From Guillardia theta CCMP2712 (lineage: Eukaryota > Protista > Cryptophyta): 64,000 nt of DNA. Shown one piece after another: positions 1 to 28,676 of this stretch; the first letter of the stretch is position 1, and every line of letters starts with the position of its first letter. The DNA lies in the NCBI RefSeq assembly GCF_000315625.1, contig NW_005434629.1, positions 1 through 64,000 on the forward strand, read 5' to 3'. The translations under genes and the position numbers were made by a program. Under the pieces are notes generated by a model. That model was not told where the DNA came from. It did no database searches and saw nothing but the letters and a program-made list of their open reading frames with translations.

Positions 1-136
1 CCTCCTCCTCCTCCTCCTCCTCCTCTCGCTCCTCCTCCTCCTCCTCCTCCTCCTCCTCCTCCTCCTCCTCCTCCTGCTCCTCCTCCTCCTTTTGCTTCTC
101 CTTCTCGTTCCTCTCCAGCCTGACGCTCTTACTCAG

Positions 137-502
137 GCTGGTGATCGTGTCCTCTCTATCGATGGAACCCCACTGGACGAGGTACAGGGAGGAGGGAAGG
201 AAAGGATGTCAAGAACGGAGGGAGGAGGAGGAGGAGGAGGAGGAGGAGGAGGAGGAGGAGGAGGAGGAGGAGGAGGAGGAGGAGGCCTTGGTGTCTGGTG
301 GAGGGAGAGGCGGGTACCGAGCAGGAGCTGGTGGCAGGTATCGGATGCGATGCATCTCTCCAAGCTCACGCACGGACCCCTCGGCAGCAGCGTCATCCTC
401 CACGTGCTCGCCTGCTGCTCCTGCCCGCTCAGTCACTCGCATGCGCAGGTACTGCGGGTGGACGGGAACGAGGAGCGACTTGTGATCCTGAGGGGAAGCT
501 GA
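137..502 (+). CDS. 3' exons of a PDZ-domain protein (5' part outside window)
   Basis: Exons ~137-181, ~338-402 and ~449-502 splice (GT-AG) to AGDRVLSIDGTPLDE|VSDAMHLSKLTHGPLGSSVILH|VLRVDGNEERLVILRGS*. This matches the GD.I..IDG ... G..GS.V.L.V.R C-terminal half of PDZ domains. Confidence 0.7.
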   Translation, partial: AGDRVLSIDGTPLDEVQGGGKERMSRTEGGGGGGGGGGGGGGGGGGGGGGLGVWWRERRVPSRSWWQVSDAMHLSKLTHGPLGSSVILHVLACCSCPLSHSHAQVLRVDGNEERLVILRGS

Positions 503-613
503 AGAGACGGAGAGGCGGGAGGATGAGAGGTAGTAGCCAAGTGAATGAGCGAGGAAGACGAGGAGGGAGGGAGGGAGGGAGGGAGGGAGGGAGGAAGGGA
601 GGAGGGTTCAGTC

Positions 614-3022
614 TTAGTTGATTGATAAAGAATATTCAATGAGTTCAGATCTTCCCTCCAAGCGCTTCCTTGAAACTCTTCAGCTGCTCCTGAGAGATCC
701 CAAGTCAGACCAATCATCATCTCGATCTCTTCTCCTCCTCCCCCTCCTTCACTCTCAACTCCTTCTCCCCCTCCTTCACTCTCAACTCCTCCTCCCCCTC
801 CCTCACTCGCTCTCTTCTCCTCTTCCACTCCCTGCCTCTCGACTTCTCTCCTCACCGCATTCACCGCCGCCGCCTCAACGCTTGTCTTCGTCTCGAGGTT
901 CTGAAGCTGGAAGGGGAAACGTCCGTGCTTGTCCGCACTGTCCGAGAATATGCTCTTGATGTTAGTCACTGCTCCACTTGGTCAGCACTCCTCCTCCTCC
1001 TCCTCCTCCTCCTCCTCCTCTCACCGGACGCGGAGAAGATGATCTCGGGATGAGCATGCAGGATGCTGGAGGCAACGAAAGTCACAAGGGAAGGAGCACC
1101 AGCGGCCTCTTGCCTGGGCTGCTGCGACAGGACCTGCACAGTCTGTCCCTGCACGTTCAGCCAGGCCGCCACCCATTTACTGGACGAGGGTGAGCGGGAG
1201 GAGAGGAAGGAAACTATAGCAGCACCTCCCGCTGATCTTCCTCTTCTTCACGTAGACCATCCCCACCGCCCTGCCGACTGAACTCACGCGCATGAGAGGC
1301 CTCGGACCTCGCTCACCTCACTATCACATCCTTGGTCAACAGCTTCTTCTCCAGCTTCATCGCAACGTCAGCGGCTGCTGCGGCTACAAGCAAGCAAGCA
1401 CCTGTCGCACAGCCATGTCGATGGGCTGAGAGAGGACGAGGCTTGATGAGTCTCTCGTCCCAGTGGACCCAATGGAGGAACGAACATCCTTGTGCTGCAC
1501 CTGCTACACAAGCCGCTAAGTCTCTCCTCCTCCTCCTCCTCCTCCTCTCACCACTGCCTCCATCGCTTCGCGAGCCTGCACGCCACGTTAGTCACAGGCC
1601 GACGAACTCGCAGCACGTGACCTCCTTCATGGAGTTTTCGCTGACGTTGGAGATCTGAGAGATCTTGCAGCAGTTTTCAGCGACTTGCGGACAGTCATTA
1701 AAGGTACCAGCGTCGGGTCTTCCAGCACTTCGCTTTCTTCCAACTCCGCCGCTCCTTCTCTTCGAGCTCCTTCATCGTGAATCTCCTGGATCCCTCCCTT
1801 GAAGGAAGACCGCATCTAGCCAGCAATCACCTTCACCCATCTCCCTCGCTCTGCTCTCCTACTCCCCCTCTGCCTGCCCCTCACTCCTCTCTCTGATCTT
1901 CTCTATCGACAGACCTGCTGATTCTCCTTGCGCAGCTTTCCTCTAAATTGTCCCATCTTGCAGTGATATCAGCCACTTGAAACAGTGGCAATACACGCGT
2001 GCAGGAGCAATCATGGAGCAGAAATAAGGAAGTACGAGCGAGGGAAGCAGGGAGGGTCAGGATGAGACAGCGGGAGAGGGATCAAGTGGGAAGAGAGGGG
2101 GGGGGGGAGGAGGGAGGGAGAAAGGAAGGGGGCAAGTGTTATCAGCTCGGCTTCAGTAGAACATCACCTTAATACTGTTGAAGTCAGGAGGGAAAATTTC
2201 CAGATCTTCTCCGAATGATCTCTCCGAGGACTGGGCAACGAACGTGAGCTGGAGCCCTTGACACGCTCAACAAGTTTCTCACCTGCTCCTCTCTTCCTCC
2301 ATCCCCCACATGGGTTGCTAGCGCAACTTCCAGCGCTGGGATGCGTCGTACCCCTTCGCTCTCCACCTCCTTGTCCCGCTTCCCCGACAACTTATGCGCG
2401 CTCTGTGGACCAGTCCTGACTGACCCGTCGGAACTGCAAGTACGATGGTCACGGGGGCTGCTGGTCTCGCAGCCAGGCTGGAGGTCGCATGCAAGGCCTT
2501 ACCGGTCTCTGTCGCTCAAGCTCGAGTCTCCTTTCACATCTTTGCTTATCCTGCCGTATATAAGCGCCGACCACCAGATCGGCTCAACTCACTTGGCTTT
2601 CAGCTCGAACTGATCGTCGTCGTCATCACTGCCCAGCACGTCAGCGGCTGACCTGCTGCCAGCACTCTCTGAGCTCTCACCTGTCTCCCTTGCAGCAGTT
2701 CGAACGACGAACGGGCGCGCAACACTACATGACGAAGATCAGACACGACGCAACCTGGTCGACCCTAGAGCACCTTGACAAGCACTTCGCATCTCCTGTC
2801 ACTCCTGCCGTTGGGCATCGAGTTGATTTCGAGTCAACTGTCGAAGCTTTCAGTGACTTGATACATAGGCTTTTGACTGCTCCATTTCATCCTTTCTTCC
2901 TGCCAACTCTGTCCTAGAATCCTTACTACACCGAAATATCGCTTCATATGTAACAGACATCTAATCGTGCCGTGAGGGTCTTCACGGCATTGCAAGTTGC
3001 TGATGAATCGATTCTCCATCAC
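614..3022 (-). CDS. Multi-exon hypothetical protein (boundaries approximate)
   Basis: Several coding-like minus-strand exons (e.g. MAAWLNVQGQTVQVLSQQ..., IKSIFSDSADKHGRFPFQLQNLETK..., final GRSELIEYSLSIN* at 614) separated by GT-AG introns with simple repeats. No family recognised. Confidence 0.45.
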
Positions 3023-3489
3023 TCACTCACTCACTCACTCACTCCTCTCCTCTCCTCTCGCATCATCACGTCTCGACTCGTTTGTTGCGATTTTCATTCG
3101 ATTCGTCGATTGGCCAAGAAAACACTTTCATGCTATGACATCCTCTAGCATCATCTTCTTGAATGAAATTCCTTTCAGTCCTCTTCTCTCTCCTCTCTCA
3201 TCTCCTCTCTCATCTCCTCTTCTCCTCTCCCTTCCTCTCCCCTCCTCTCTCCTCTCCTCTTTCCTCCTTACCTGCCGTCGGCTTACTCCTTCCTGTCGGT
3301 ACCACCCTGACCTTCAAATGACCCCCAGTACCCTTCTTCTCATATCCAATCACCCGGTACTATCTCAGTAGTACCCCTACCTCCTATGAATTGAAGTACC
3401 CCCACCCCTCGTCGAAGGTTATTTTGGGCAAACTCTCTGAGCGGCCTGATCCCAATAGAGGTTTAAGGGCCCTCATCCCCTTCATTCCC

Positions 3490-3890
3490 CGTTCCGAAGT
3501 TCGGCTCCGAGGCAGGCACGGCAGCAGGGCTCCGAGAGCCAGTAACTCGCGGCGGCGGCCGCCGGCCGGGCCCAGCCCGCCGCCGGGGTCCCGGGCCGGG
3601 GGCCTCCGAGCCTCGAGTCCCGGCCCGTCCGAGCCGCACAGGCTCAGGCTTGAAAGTTGGTCTTTGGCAGTGCACCCCTCCCGGAGTCCGATCAGACTTT
3701 CCGAACTCTCCGCTCGGCCCCAACTTCAAGCCAAGGGTTCCGAGTTCTCATGCTGATTGTCGGAGTCGTGTGTCACTAGCTAGTATGAACAAAATCGTGA
3801 CTCCGATCCGTGAGCCGGGCTCCTACGGCCGTTCAAAACAAGTTCAAAGCTAAAAAAGAGTTTGACTGGCGGTTATCACACGGCCGTTAC
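3490..3890. promoter_or_regulatory. CGG/CCG-rich intergenic island 1
   Basis: Dense CCGG/GGCC core, ~10 TCCGA/TCGGA, GAGTC/GACTC words, TTGAAAGTT and AACTTCAA. Function inferred only. Confidence 0.5.
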
Positions 3891-3932
3891 AATTGATACA
3901 ACGTTAAGGCGGTTGCCCGAGGGGAATGCAAT

Positions 3933-20387
<16,455 letters not shown>

Positions 20388-20441
20388 TTAGCTTAGATGA
20401 TTTAATCTACATGAGAGGTTAAGTTATGTACATGCTCCAGG

Positions 20442-23400
20442 TCAGTCGCTCTTCCTCGAAGTCTGTTCCTCCTCATCCTCCTCGCTTCGCTTCAGGCGGA
20501 TTCTCCGTCGCAGGTTCCTGTCCTCGTACGGCACCACTGAGTTGTAGTGCTCGCCCCCGCTGTACTCGTGCATGTGGTAGCTCAGGCGCAGAGGCGGGCC
20601 CTCGTAGGGCGCTTCTGCGTCGGGAAAGAGCTGCCGGGTCATGTCATGGCGGTAGACCTCGATGTTGCGCTTGAGGGCGTGGCAGAGGGCGATGATTTCA
20701 TGCTGCCCCCCCCACGCGGTCGTTCTTCCTATCCGTTTGCAGTACTCCTCGAAGGTGTCCTTGCCCAGTGAGAGGAAGTGCTTGAAGTGATCCTCGTGCT
20801 ACAAGGCAGTCAGTCAAGACGGGCAAGGGAGCACAGCGACAATACCTTGAGCATGTAGTCGCACGCTAGTCGTCGGAGGCTCTTGTAGTTGTGGATCACT
20901 TCCCCGTGCCTCGCGCTTCTCTTCAGCTGGTCGCTAATCGCTGCAAACAAACAGTGCCCGTCCGCCGGGATCTCGACCAGGGACAGGCCGTGCTCAGCTA
21001 ATTTCTGCGACAACACTCTGCTCTCAAGTTCCCTGTTCTGCTTCGCCCGCTTGCGAGCAAGTCGAGCCATGATCTCCTCTTCCGTAGGGTTCCTCTTGCG
21101 CTTCTTCTTCGAGCCCGCGGCCTTCCCATCTGGACGGGCGTCGCCGGTCTCTCGCTCCTGCTTCTCCTTGAGACTCCGCATGGCCGAGCCTTCCGACGAG
21201 AACTCGTCCGAGTCAAGCGCCCCCGCATTCACGATCTCTATCTCGTACTTGCTCGACAGATGTGCGAGCTTCTCGGCGCCCCTGCCTTTCCCGTCCTCCT
21301 TCCAGTGACTTCGTCTTGTCTTGCTCGACAGTGCGAAGGTCAGGCCGTCCTCCTTGAGGGTCGACCATCGTATCCCGTCCTCGTCATCCAACCAGCTGCC
21401 GCTGTCGATGCTGCTCCACTTGATGTTCTCCAAGTCAGTGTACGACGACAATTTCAGTTGCCCGCGTGTAGCGACTTGGGCTCGCAGAATCTGAGAGCAA
21501 GGTGAGCAGAGTCAGAGGTGGGAGGGCGAAGTCACATTGGAGTCAGTCAGGCGATAGAAACATTTCTCCTCGTTCTGCTTCAAGATCACCTGCTTGCATC
21601 ATCAATCGAGTGTAAGAGAACTTCGCTCGACGCACCTCCTTCCTCTGCTCCTTGAAGATCGACAGCTGCCTCTTGTCCTTGTACTCGTGCCATGTCCTGT
21701 TCGAAGCTTCGTGCATGCAGACCAGTCGCTTCCGGCTGTCACTGGATGTCCAGCATTCGCATGACTCCCATGCGCCAGTCTCCAACAAGGTCCACCTGCT
21801 CCTGACGTCAGGAGAACCAAGACAGGTTCGTGAGGCAGTCAAGGCAGAGGTTCAACGCAATATTAGGGCAAGGTTACAACGACCTTCCGTTCTTCGAGGT
21901 TCCGAAAGAATATGATATTCCAAAGTCGTCAATTCTGATCGTCAACTGAGAGTTCAACACGTCAGGAGCAAGTTGTTTGAGGAGGACTTCATGACCTTTC
22001 TTTCTGTATCTACCAAGTAGATAGAGAGACATGCCTGAACCAGCATCGTGTCCGCCTTCCCATTCTCTGACACTGTCCACTTGAGACTCGGCGATGCTTG
22101 AATTGCATCTCCCATTGCTCGACTTTTGAACGTGACGCCGTCGTCGTTGGATCTCTTGTTCGCCTTTAACGTGTCAACTCGACCAACTTTCGGCTTTCGC
22201 CTCGAAGGGACAAGTTTATCACTTCCTTCTCCTGCAATCCGCAACAAGGTCACTCAAGGCACCGGACAACCCTCAACTAGAGTCCTCACCGTTACTCAAG
22301 TCGTGCGATTCGCTCGGATCTTCATCTCGATCGGCCTCTGCTGATTCGCTCTTGCCTTCCTTTCTATGTACATCTTTCTTGTTTCTTCTCTCTGGCCTCA
22401 ACCCGACAGCGTCCTGGCGACTCGTCAGTCATATTGGATCAGCACATCGCCCTCGCACATTCGCTGAACTCTTAGACACGCCCTTGCTTCGAGCTCCAGC
22501 AGACGGGACATTCTCAACCTGACCATCTTCGTCGGCATACATAGTCTGTACATGACCATTCAGCTACAGGCTGAGTGTTTCCACATCGACATCCATTGCC
22601 ACTGACCTGGATCTGCTGTTCGCCTGTCTGCATTGCATCTGCATTCCTTAAACCTGGATCTTGTACCGAATCCTCAAGCTCCTGGCCCACCAGCGTCACT
22701 TCAACATTCAAGTGCCTGTCTTGCCTTACTTGTTCAGATCCAGCTGACGACTGCTTGCCGACAGCTTGTACTAACGCCATGTTCTGTGTCAGCGATTGAG
22801 ATTCGCTGTTCATCGTGAAGCCCATCAAGGCGTTGTCTATTGCGATTCCAGCGTTCACGGTTGGATCGTTGGCTGCTGCGATGTTTGCCTGCGACCAAGA
22901 AACCTGCCCTTGCTTTGATTGGATCCCACTTGCCGCCATCAGGCTGGATCAAAACATCATCCACGATCGCAACAAGCGCACGACATACCTGGTTTCTGTG
23001 CCAGACCCGCTAGTCATGTAACCTTCAGAATTTGAAGGAGACATGACTGGATTCGGGCCAGCTTCTCCAACAAACATGCCGGAAGATGTCACCAGACTCG
23101 AGTTGTTCTTTTGACAGTCAGTCCGAAACATCTCGACAACCAAGAGCATGTCGCTTACCATCATCTCGATACAAGGCGGAGGAGGCACCGCTGCCACCAT
23201 GGCAACAGTGCTGTCTAACATCTGATGCTGAGGGCCGTACGTTTGGCGATAATCGACAAAGGCAGCAGGGTTGCCCGCAACTTGTGAGCCTGAAGGTCCT
23301 TGAGGGACAGGCAGTGGCATCCCTACAGTACTAGCCGGGTGTCCAGGCTGTCATGGATGTCAGTCGGAGAGCTGGAGTGAGCTGGTTCTCACCGTAGGGT

Positions 23401-26400
23401 CAGTCTGGATGATTCCTGAGCTGCCGGTCCTTCGAGCGAGATGTTCTGAATATGACGGGTGGTTGGGTAAGTTCGACCACGATGGTCCTGCTGTCAGCAA
23501 CTCAATCGGGAGTAGGTGAACCGCAACGCTATCAACCTGCGAGGTTGCTGTCGGCAGATTCATTCCCGACGTTGCCATGACTCGCGGTCTCCGGCGGTTG
23601 AGACCCAGGGACGAGAAACTTTGACGCATTGAGAAATATTTGATCTGCGGGTCCCAGCTGTGGCGTCTTCTTCTTTCTGCCTCTCCTCTTCGGTTTCGAG
23701 ATTAGCTGCGGGAAGCGACTCAGCATCGCCATGGCAACATATAAAAGTCCCACCTCATGGGAAATCGCTGGCGGCTGCTGGAAAGTGACATCGTCCCTCA
23801 GAGCCGGTGTTGGCGGAGTTTGCATATGGACTTCAGCTGTTCATTGTCGCGTAAATCCATGAGAATCTGAAAAATACAACTCACCTTGACTCTTTCCGAT
23901 CTGCATTTGCAGGCTTGAGGCTGGCAATGACAAGGCTGTGGACGAAGAGGGCATTGGATTGGAGCTGTAGTTTGGTAACTGTGGCGGAAGGCAGACAGGA
24001 TGAGCTTGTCCTGGAGCTCCAAAGTTCGGACCTGCTGCTTGAAATGATTGCGGGGGGACCTGAATGATATTGTCCATGGGCAGACTCGTCATCCGTCCAG
24101 GCATCGGTGGAACATGAGCAGGCATTTGAGGAGAACAAGAGGCCAAGTTTGCTTGTGACGTGGGGGTCCCCTGATGCAAGTGAGGTTGACCCTGTGGGGG
24201 AACATGGCTTCTATCGTACTCCAACGAGCTACTGTATGTGTAGGCAACCATGCCCTGCTGCTTCACTGGCAACTGACTGATCTGATGTGCGAATGATGTG
24301 ATTCCAATAGAGGGAGGAGCTTGAGGAATCGTCATCTGCAGTATCTGAGACGAGGCAGGAACGTAATTCGGTTGTGAGACATGCGCATACGTCTGCCCCT
24401 CCATCGCGTTATACTGCATGTTGGGATGCCGTTGATACTGCTCTAGTTGAGACGTGGGAAGCTGGTTCAAAGCCATTGAGCTTATAGCAGATGATGACGT
24501 GGCAACGGTCGAACAAACTGCAACTCCTTCCTGTTCCTGTGAGTTCACATGAATGTTTCCTTGCATGCCCGAGCTTTGCGGTTGGCTGGGAGAGATTCCC
24601 TGCTTGTTGGAAGTAGCCTTTGAGGTGTCAAGAATGATATCCCTTGATGTCATCCCCTGCCTGATCGACTGGACTGGGCTTCTAAAATCCGGGTTGACAG
24701 TCTGTTGGGGCACTCAGTCAAATGCTTGGGATAGAGGATGGAAGGATTACCTTGGAAGGAGCAAGAGCTACCTGGATAGGTTGGGTTGTCTGTGCGTTTA
24801 CATTGATCGCTTCTGAGTAACCCTTCTTCTGATCTTTGCGCTTGGCAGGACTCTTGACACCAACTCGTTGGGGGCCATTGCAGTTCGGGTTGACAGTATT
24901 CATCGGAATCATTGGTTGAGCTGGCTGTCGTTGCACATCGGCATTCGGTGCGAGCAACGAACTGTAGGAAAATCTCTGATCGTCTTGTGGAGCCTTTACG
25001 TTTGCACTCGCGCTCGCTGCTATATGGCCTTGTTGTGGTCCCGCCGCTTCGAGGTGGATCTGCTTCTCCTTCCCATCTGACTGGAGCTCAGAAGATGGCT
25101 CGCTTGCAGAAGCATTCTTGTCTTGAGGGAAGGCTGCGAGACACGAGTTACTCACACTTGTGGGGTCATCCAAGTCTAACGGACCTTCTGTCGGCTTGTT
25201 CTGAGTCAGCATGGCTGCGCTGAAGGTCTTGTAGTAAGAGTTCTCTGAAGGCGCCTGCATGCCTGGCTGCGGTGGAATGGGAGGGTTGGGAAGAGAATGA
25301 TAGCCTTGAAAGTTCTGAGCCATCTCAGATCCTGGCTGATGCATTTGGCAGGCTCCATCATTGCCTTCAATCTCAGGAAACGCGCAGATGCCGGGAGGAG
25401 CTGATTGTGCTGTCGCCATGCCGTCCTGTTCAACAACTTTGTTGGACTTGGAAAATCGATAATCCGCTGACCAAGAATACTGAGCATCACCCGTATACGC
25501 TTTGGACAAGTTCATTTGCAGATTCGGATCGTTGTTTGGATACATTCCCATGACATTGCATGGCACATTGCAAGGGTATTGGAGCTGCTGGAAGCCCTGG
25601 GGATCGATCTGAGGGTGAACAAACGAAGGATCGCAAGTGAACGGGTCAAGCATCTGGTTACCATAGAGAGCCAAATTGTTCTGAGACTCCACCGCGATCT
25701 GCATATCGTCATACGAAATCATGTCGCCTTGCATCGGATTCGGCATAGCAGCGACGTTGAACGAAGGATCATGCTGTGGCCAACCCATCACTCCATGCAT
25801 TGGCATTGGAGAGACGTTTGCATTGGCACCGTAGTACTCAGGAGCACAAGATGAGGGTGGATAGAGATTAGGCTGTTGCAGCATTTGCTTGTCTCTATTC
25901 AGCATCATGTTGTCTCGGTGTGGAGCTTGCATCGGGTTGAAATTTTGAACATTGCCGTTCGAAGAGTACATGTTGGTGACTACACCGCACTGCTGAATCG
26001 GATCGTTCTGGTTCATTCCGTTGTTTGTCTGGAAGTTGGAAACATATGACGTCGCCGAATCTTGCATGGGATGTTGAAAGGTCTTCATTTGTTGGTGCTG
26101 TTGCATACCTGATGCCAATGCTCCATCCTGGTGCACGTACGCTTCATTCCCCCCGTTGTCGTTGTAAGGCTGCATCTGCATCTCGAGGGGCATGGCCGCC
26201 ATGTTCGCAAACGACGAACCTTCCACATTGTGATTGACACTGTGAGAATCCAGAGCAGACTGATTGTTCTTGGGGACCCCGTTGAAGGCTGAAATGTTCA
26301 TTTGATTGCGCATGTGATCAGCATTGCACATGATGCTTTCAGAATAATTCGCAAACGGCTGCGGTAAATAGGAGTTTCCAGCTCCTGGCTGAAAATCTCC

Positions 26401-27718
26401 CGGGAGATTATGTTGGTTCTCCTGGTAGAGTTGAGAGCCTTGGCCCTGACCAGCGCCTGTGGCATCTCCCAAAGGTTGAGCTTGAGACAGACTGATACCC
26501 TCTTGCAGCGCTAGCCCACTTGGAGGACCTTTTTCAGCCAAGTTCATCTGATTCGAAGGGTGCTTGTTGGTTTCGCCATTCTTTTTCTGCACTGCCGTTC
26601 CGTCCAGTCGGTTTTCAGAATCTGTAGCATTCTTGTTCTGAGTTAGATAGCTCTCCTTCGAAGCGTTTTCTAGGATTTTGTTCGCAGCACCCAAACTTTC
26701 CATGGCAAGATTCCTCTGGTGCACCTGTTTCATGGCCTGCGCTGTAGCCGCCTTTCCTGACATCTTCCCCCCTCGTTTCCGAGTGTTTGCTTGCGGCGAG
26801 TGGATAAGGGCATTCGCGTAAGCTGGCTGCATTTGTTCGTTGGTGAATGGAGCTGGTTGGCTCTTTTGACTAGGTGCTGACTGTTGCATGCCTGACTCAA
26901 TGGCAGCACCAGTCACTTCCTGCATCATGACTGGGCCTTTCGGATTCACATTGTTGATTCCCGGTGCTTGCGCAAAGTTGAATTGTTGATGCCCTTGTAA
27001 AATCTGAGCAGATGTCGTCGGCAATTTCGCCGTTTGCGGCAATAATTGCACGCTTTCTTGTTTCGGCTGCTTTTTAGACGCTTTCTGTGTCGATTTCTGT
27101 TGATTCTTTCTCGCAGTTGACGCTTGTAAAGGTAGTTGGGGAGTGTTTTGCATGGCTGTATGAGTTGCTTGCATGAGCAATTGATAGTCCTTCTCCCCTT
27201 CCTGTCCTGTCGGATTCTCACTGGTAGGGATCTTCTGCTCGCCCTTCTGCATGTCACTTGGCAAGTTCTTTCCATCGCCCACTTGTGCAGCCATCGGGTA
27301 AGTCGGCTGGGTCAACGGGGGCTGCAGCGGAGGGGTAGGGGGTTGTACGTTATGTTTTTGTCGCTTCCTCCCTGTTTGACGCTGCTTGGAAGTCTTGCGG
27401 CCTTTCTGATCCAACAATGGACTTTGTGGAAATTGTGGCTGGATTTGTTGCTGTGCGATCTGCTGTAGCTGAAGCTGCTGTTGGGCAAGGCTCTGATTGC
27501 GGTGCTGAGCCATGAGCTGCTGCTGATGTGAATGCTGCCCCTGCATGTACTGCTGTTGGAGTAGTTGCTGTTGCGCAATCTGATGTTGCATCTGCTGCTG
27601 CATCTGCATCTGCATCTGCATTTGCTGCTGCTGGGCCAAGTGTTGATGATGCTGCTGAGCCAATTGCTGTGGCGCAATCTGGGCATGCTGCTGCTGGACT
27701 CCAATCTGCTGCTGCACG

Positions 27719-27757
<39 letters not shown>

Positions 27758-27778
27758 ACGTCCTGCTGCTGCTGCACG

Positions 27779-27841
<63 letters not shown>

Positions 27842-27844
27842 ACG

Positions 27845-27877
<33 letters not shown>

Positions 27878-28642
27878 ACGTCCTGCTGCTGCTGCTGCTG
27901 CACGTCCTTCTGCTGCACGTCCTGCTGCTGCTGCTGCTGCTGCTGCACGTCCTGCTGCTGCTGCAGGTGCTCCTGCTGCACGTCCTGCTGCTGCTGCAGG
28001 CGCTCCTGCTGCACGTCCTGCTGCTGCTGCTGCTGCTGCACGTCCCGGCGCAGCTGTTCCTGCTGCTGGTGCTGCTGTTGATACTGTTCTTGTAACTCTT
28101 GTTGGACAAGGTTTAGTTGCTTTTTTCGTCCTCTCTTCTGCTTTTGTCCTGGGGGAGGCAAAGGAACAAGCCCTTTGTAGCTCTGACGCTTTGGTCTTTG
28201 ACCAGGTTGCTGTGGATTCAAATGCAAATGCTTCGGATTCTTGGACTCTTCTTGTTCTTCCTGCTGTAGTACCTGTTCCTCATTTTTCTTCTGTTGTGGG
28301 GCTACAGCGGACTGCTGCAGCATCTGAGAGGGGTCTGTGTGTTGCTTATCTTTCCCAGTTGCATGCTGAGTCGCAAGCTGCTGCAGGTCCTGCTGCTGCT
28401 GCTGCTGGATGTGCTGCTGCTGCTGCTGCTGCTGGATGTGCTGCTGCTGCTGCTGCTGCTGCTGGATGTGCTGCTGCTGCTGCTGCTGCTGGATGTGCTG
28501 CTGCTGCTGCTGCTGCTGGATGTGCTGCTGGACGTCCTGCTGCTGTTGGACGTCCTGCTGCTGCTGGACGTCCTGCTGCTGCTGGACGTCCTGCTGCTGC
28601 TGGACGTCCTGCTGCTGCTGGACGTCCTGCTGCTGCTGGACG

Positions 28643-28676
<34 letters not shown>

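Noticed and set aside
3910-3930. RFX X-box upstream of the dynein ATG
   Set aside because: Only the GTTGCC half-site is present; the second half does not match.
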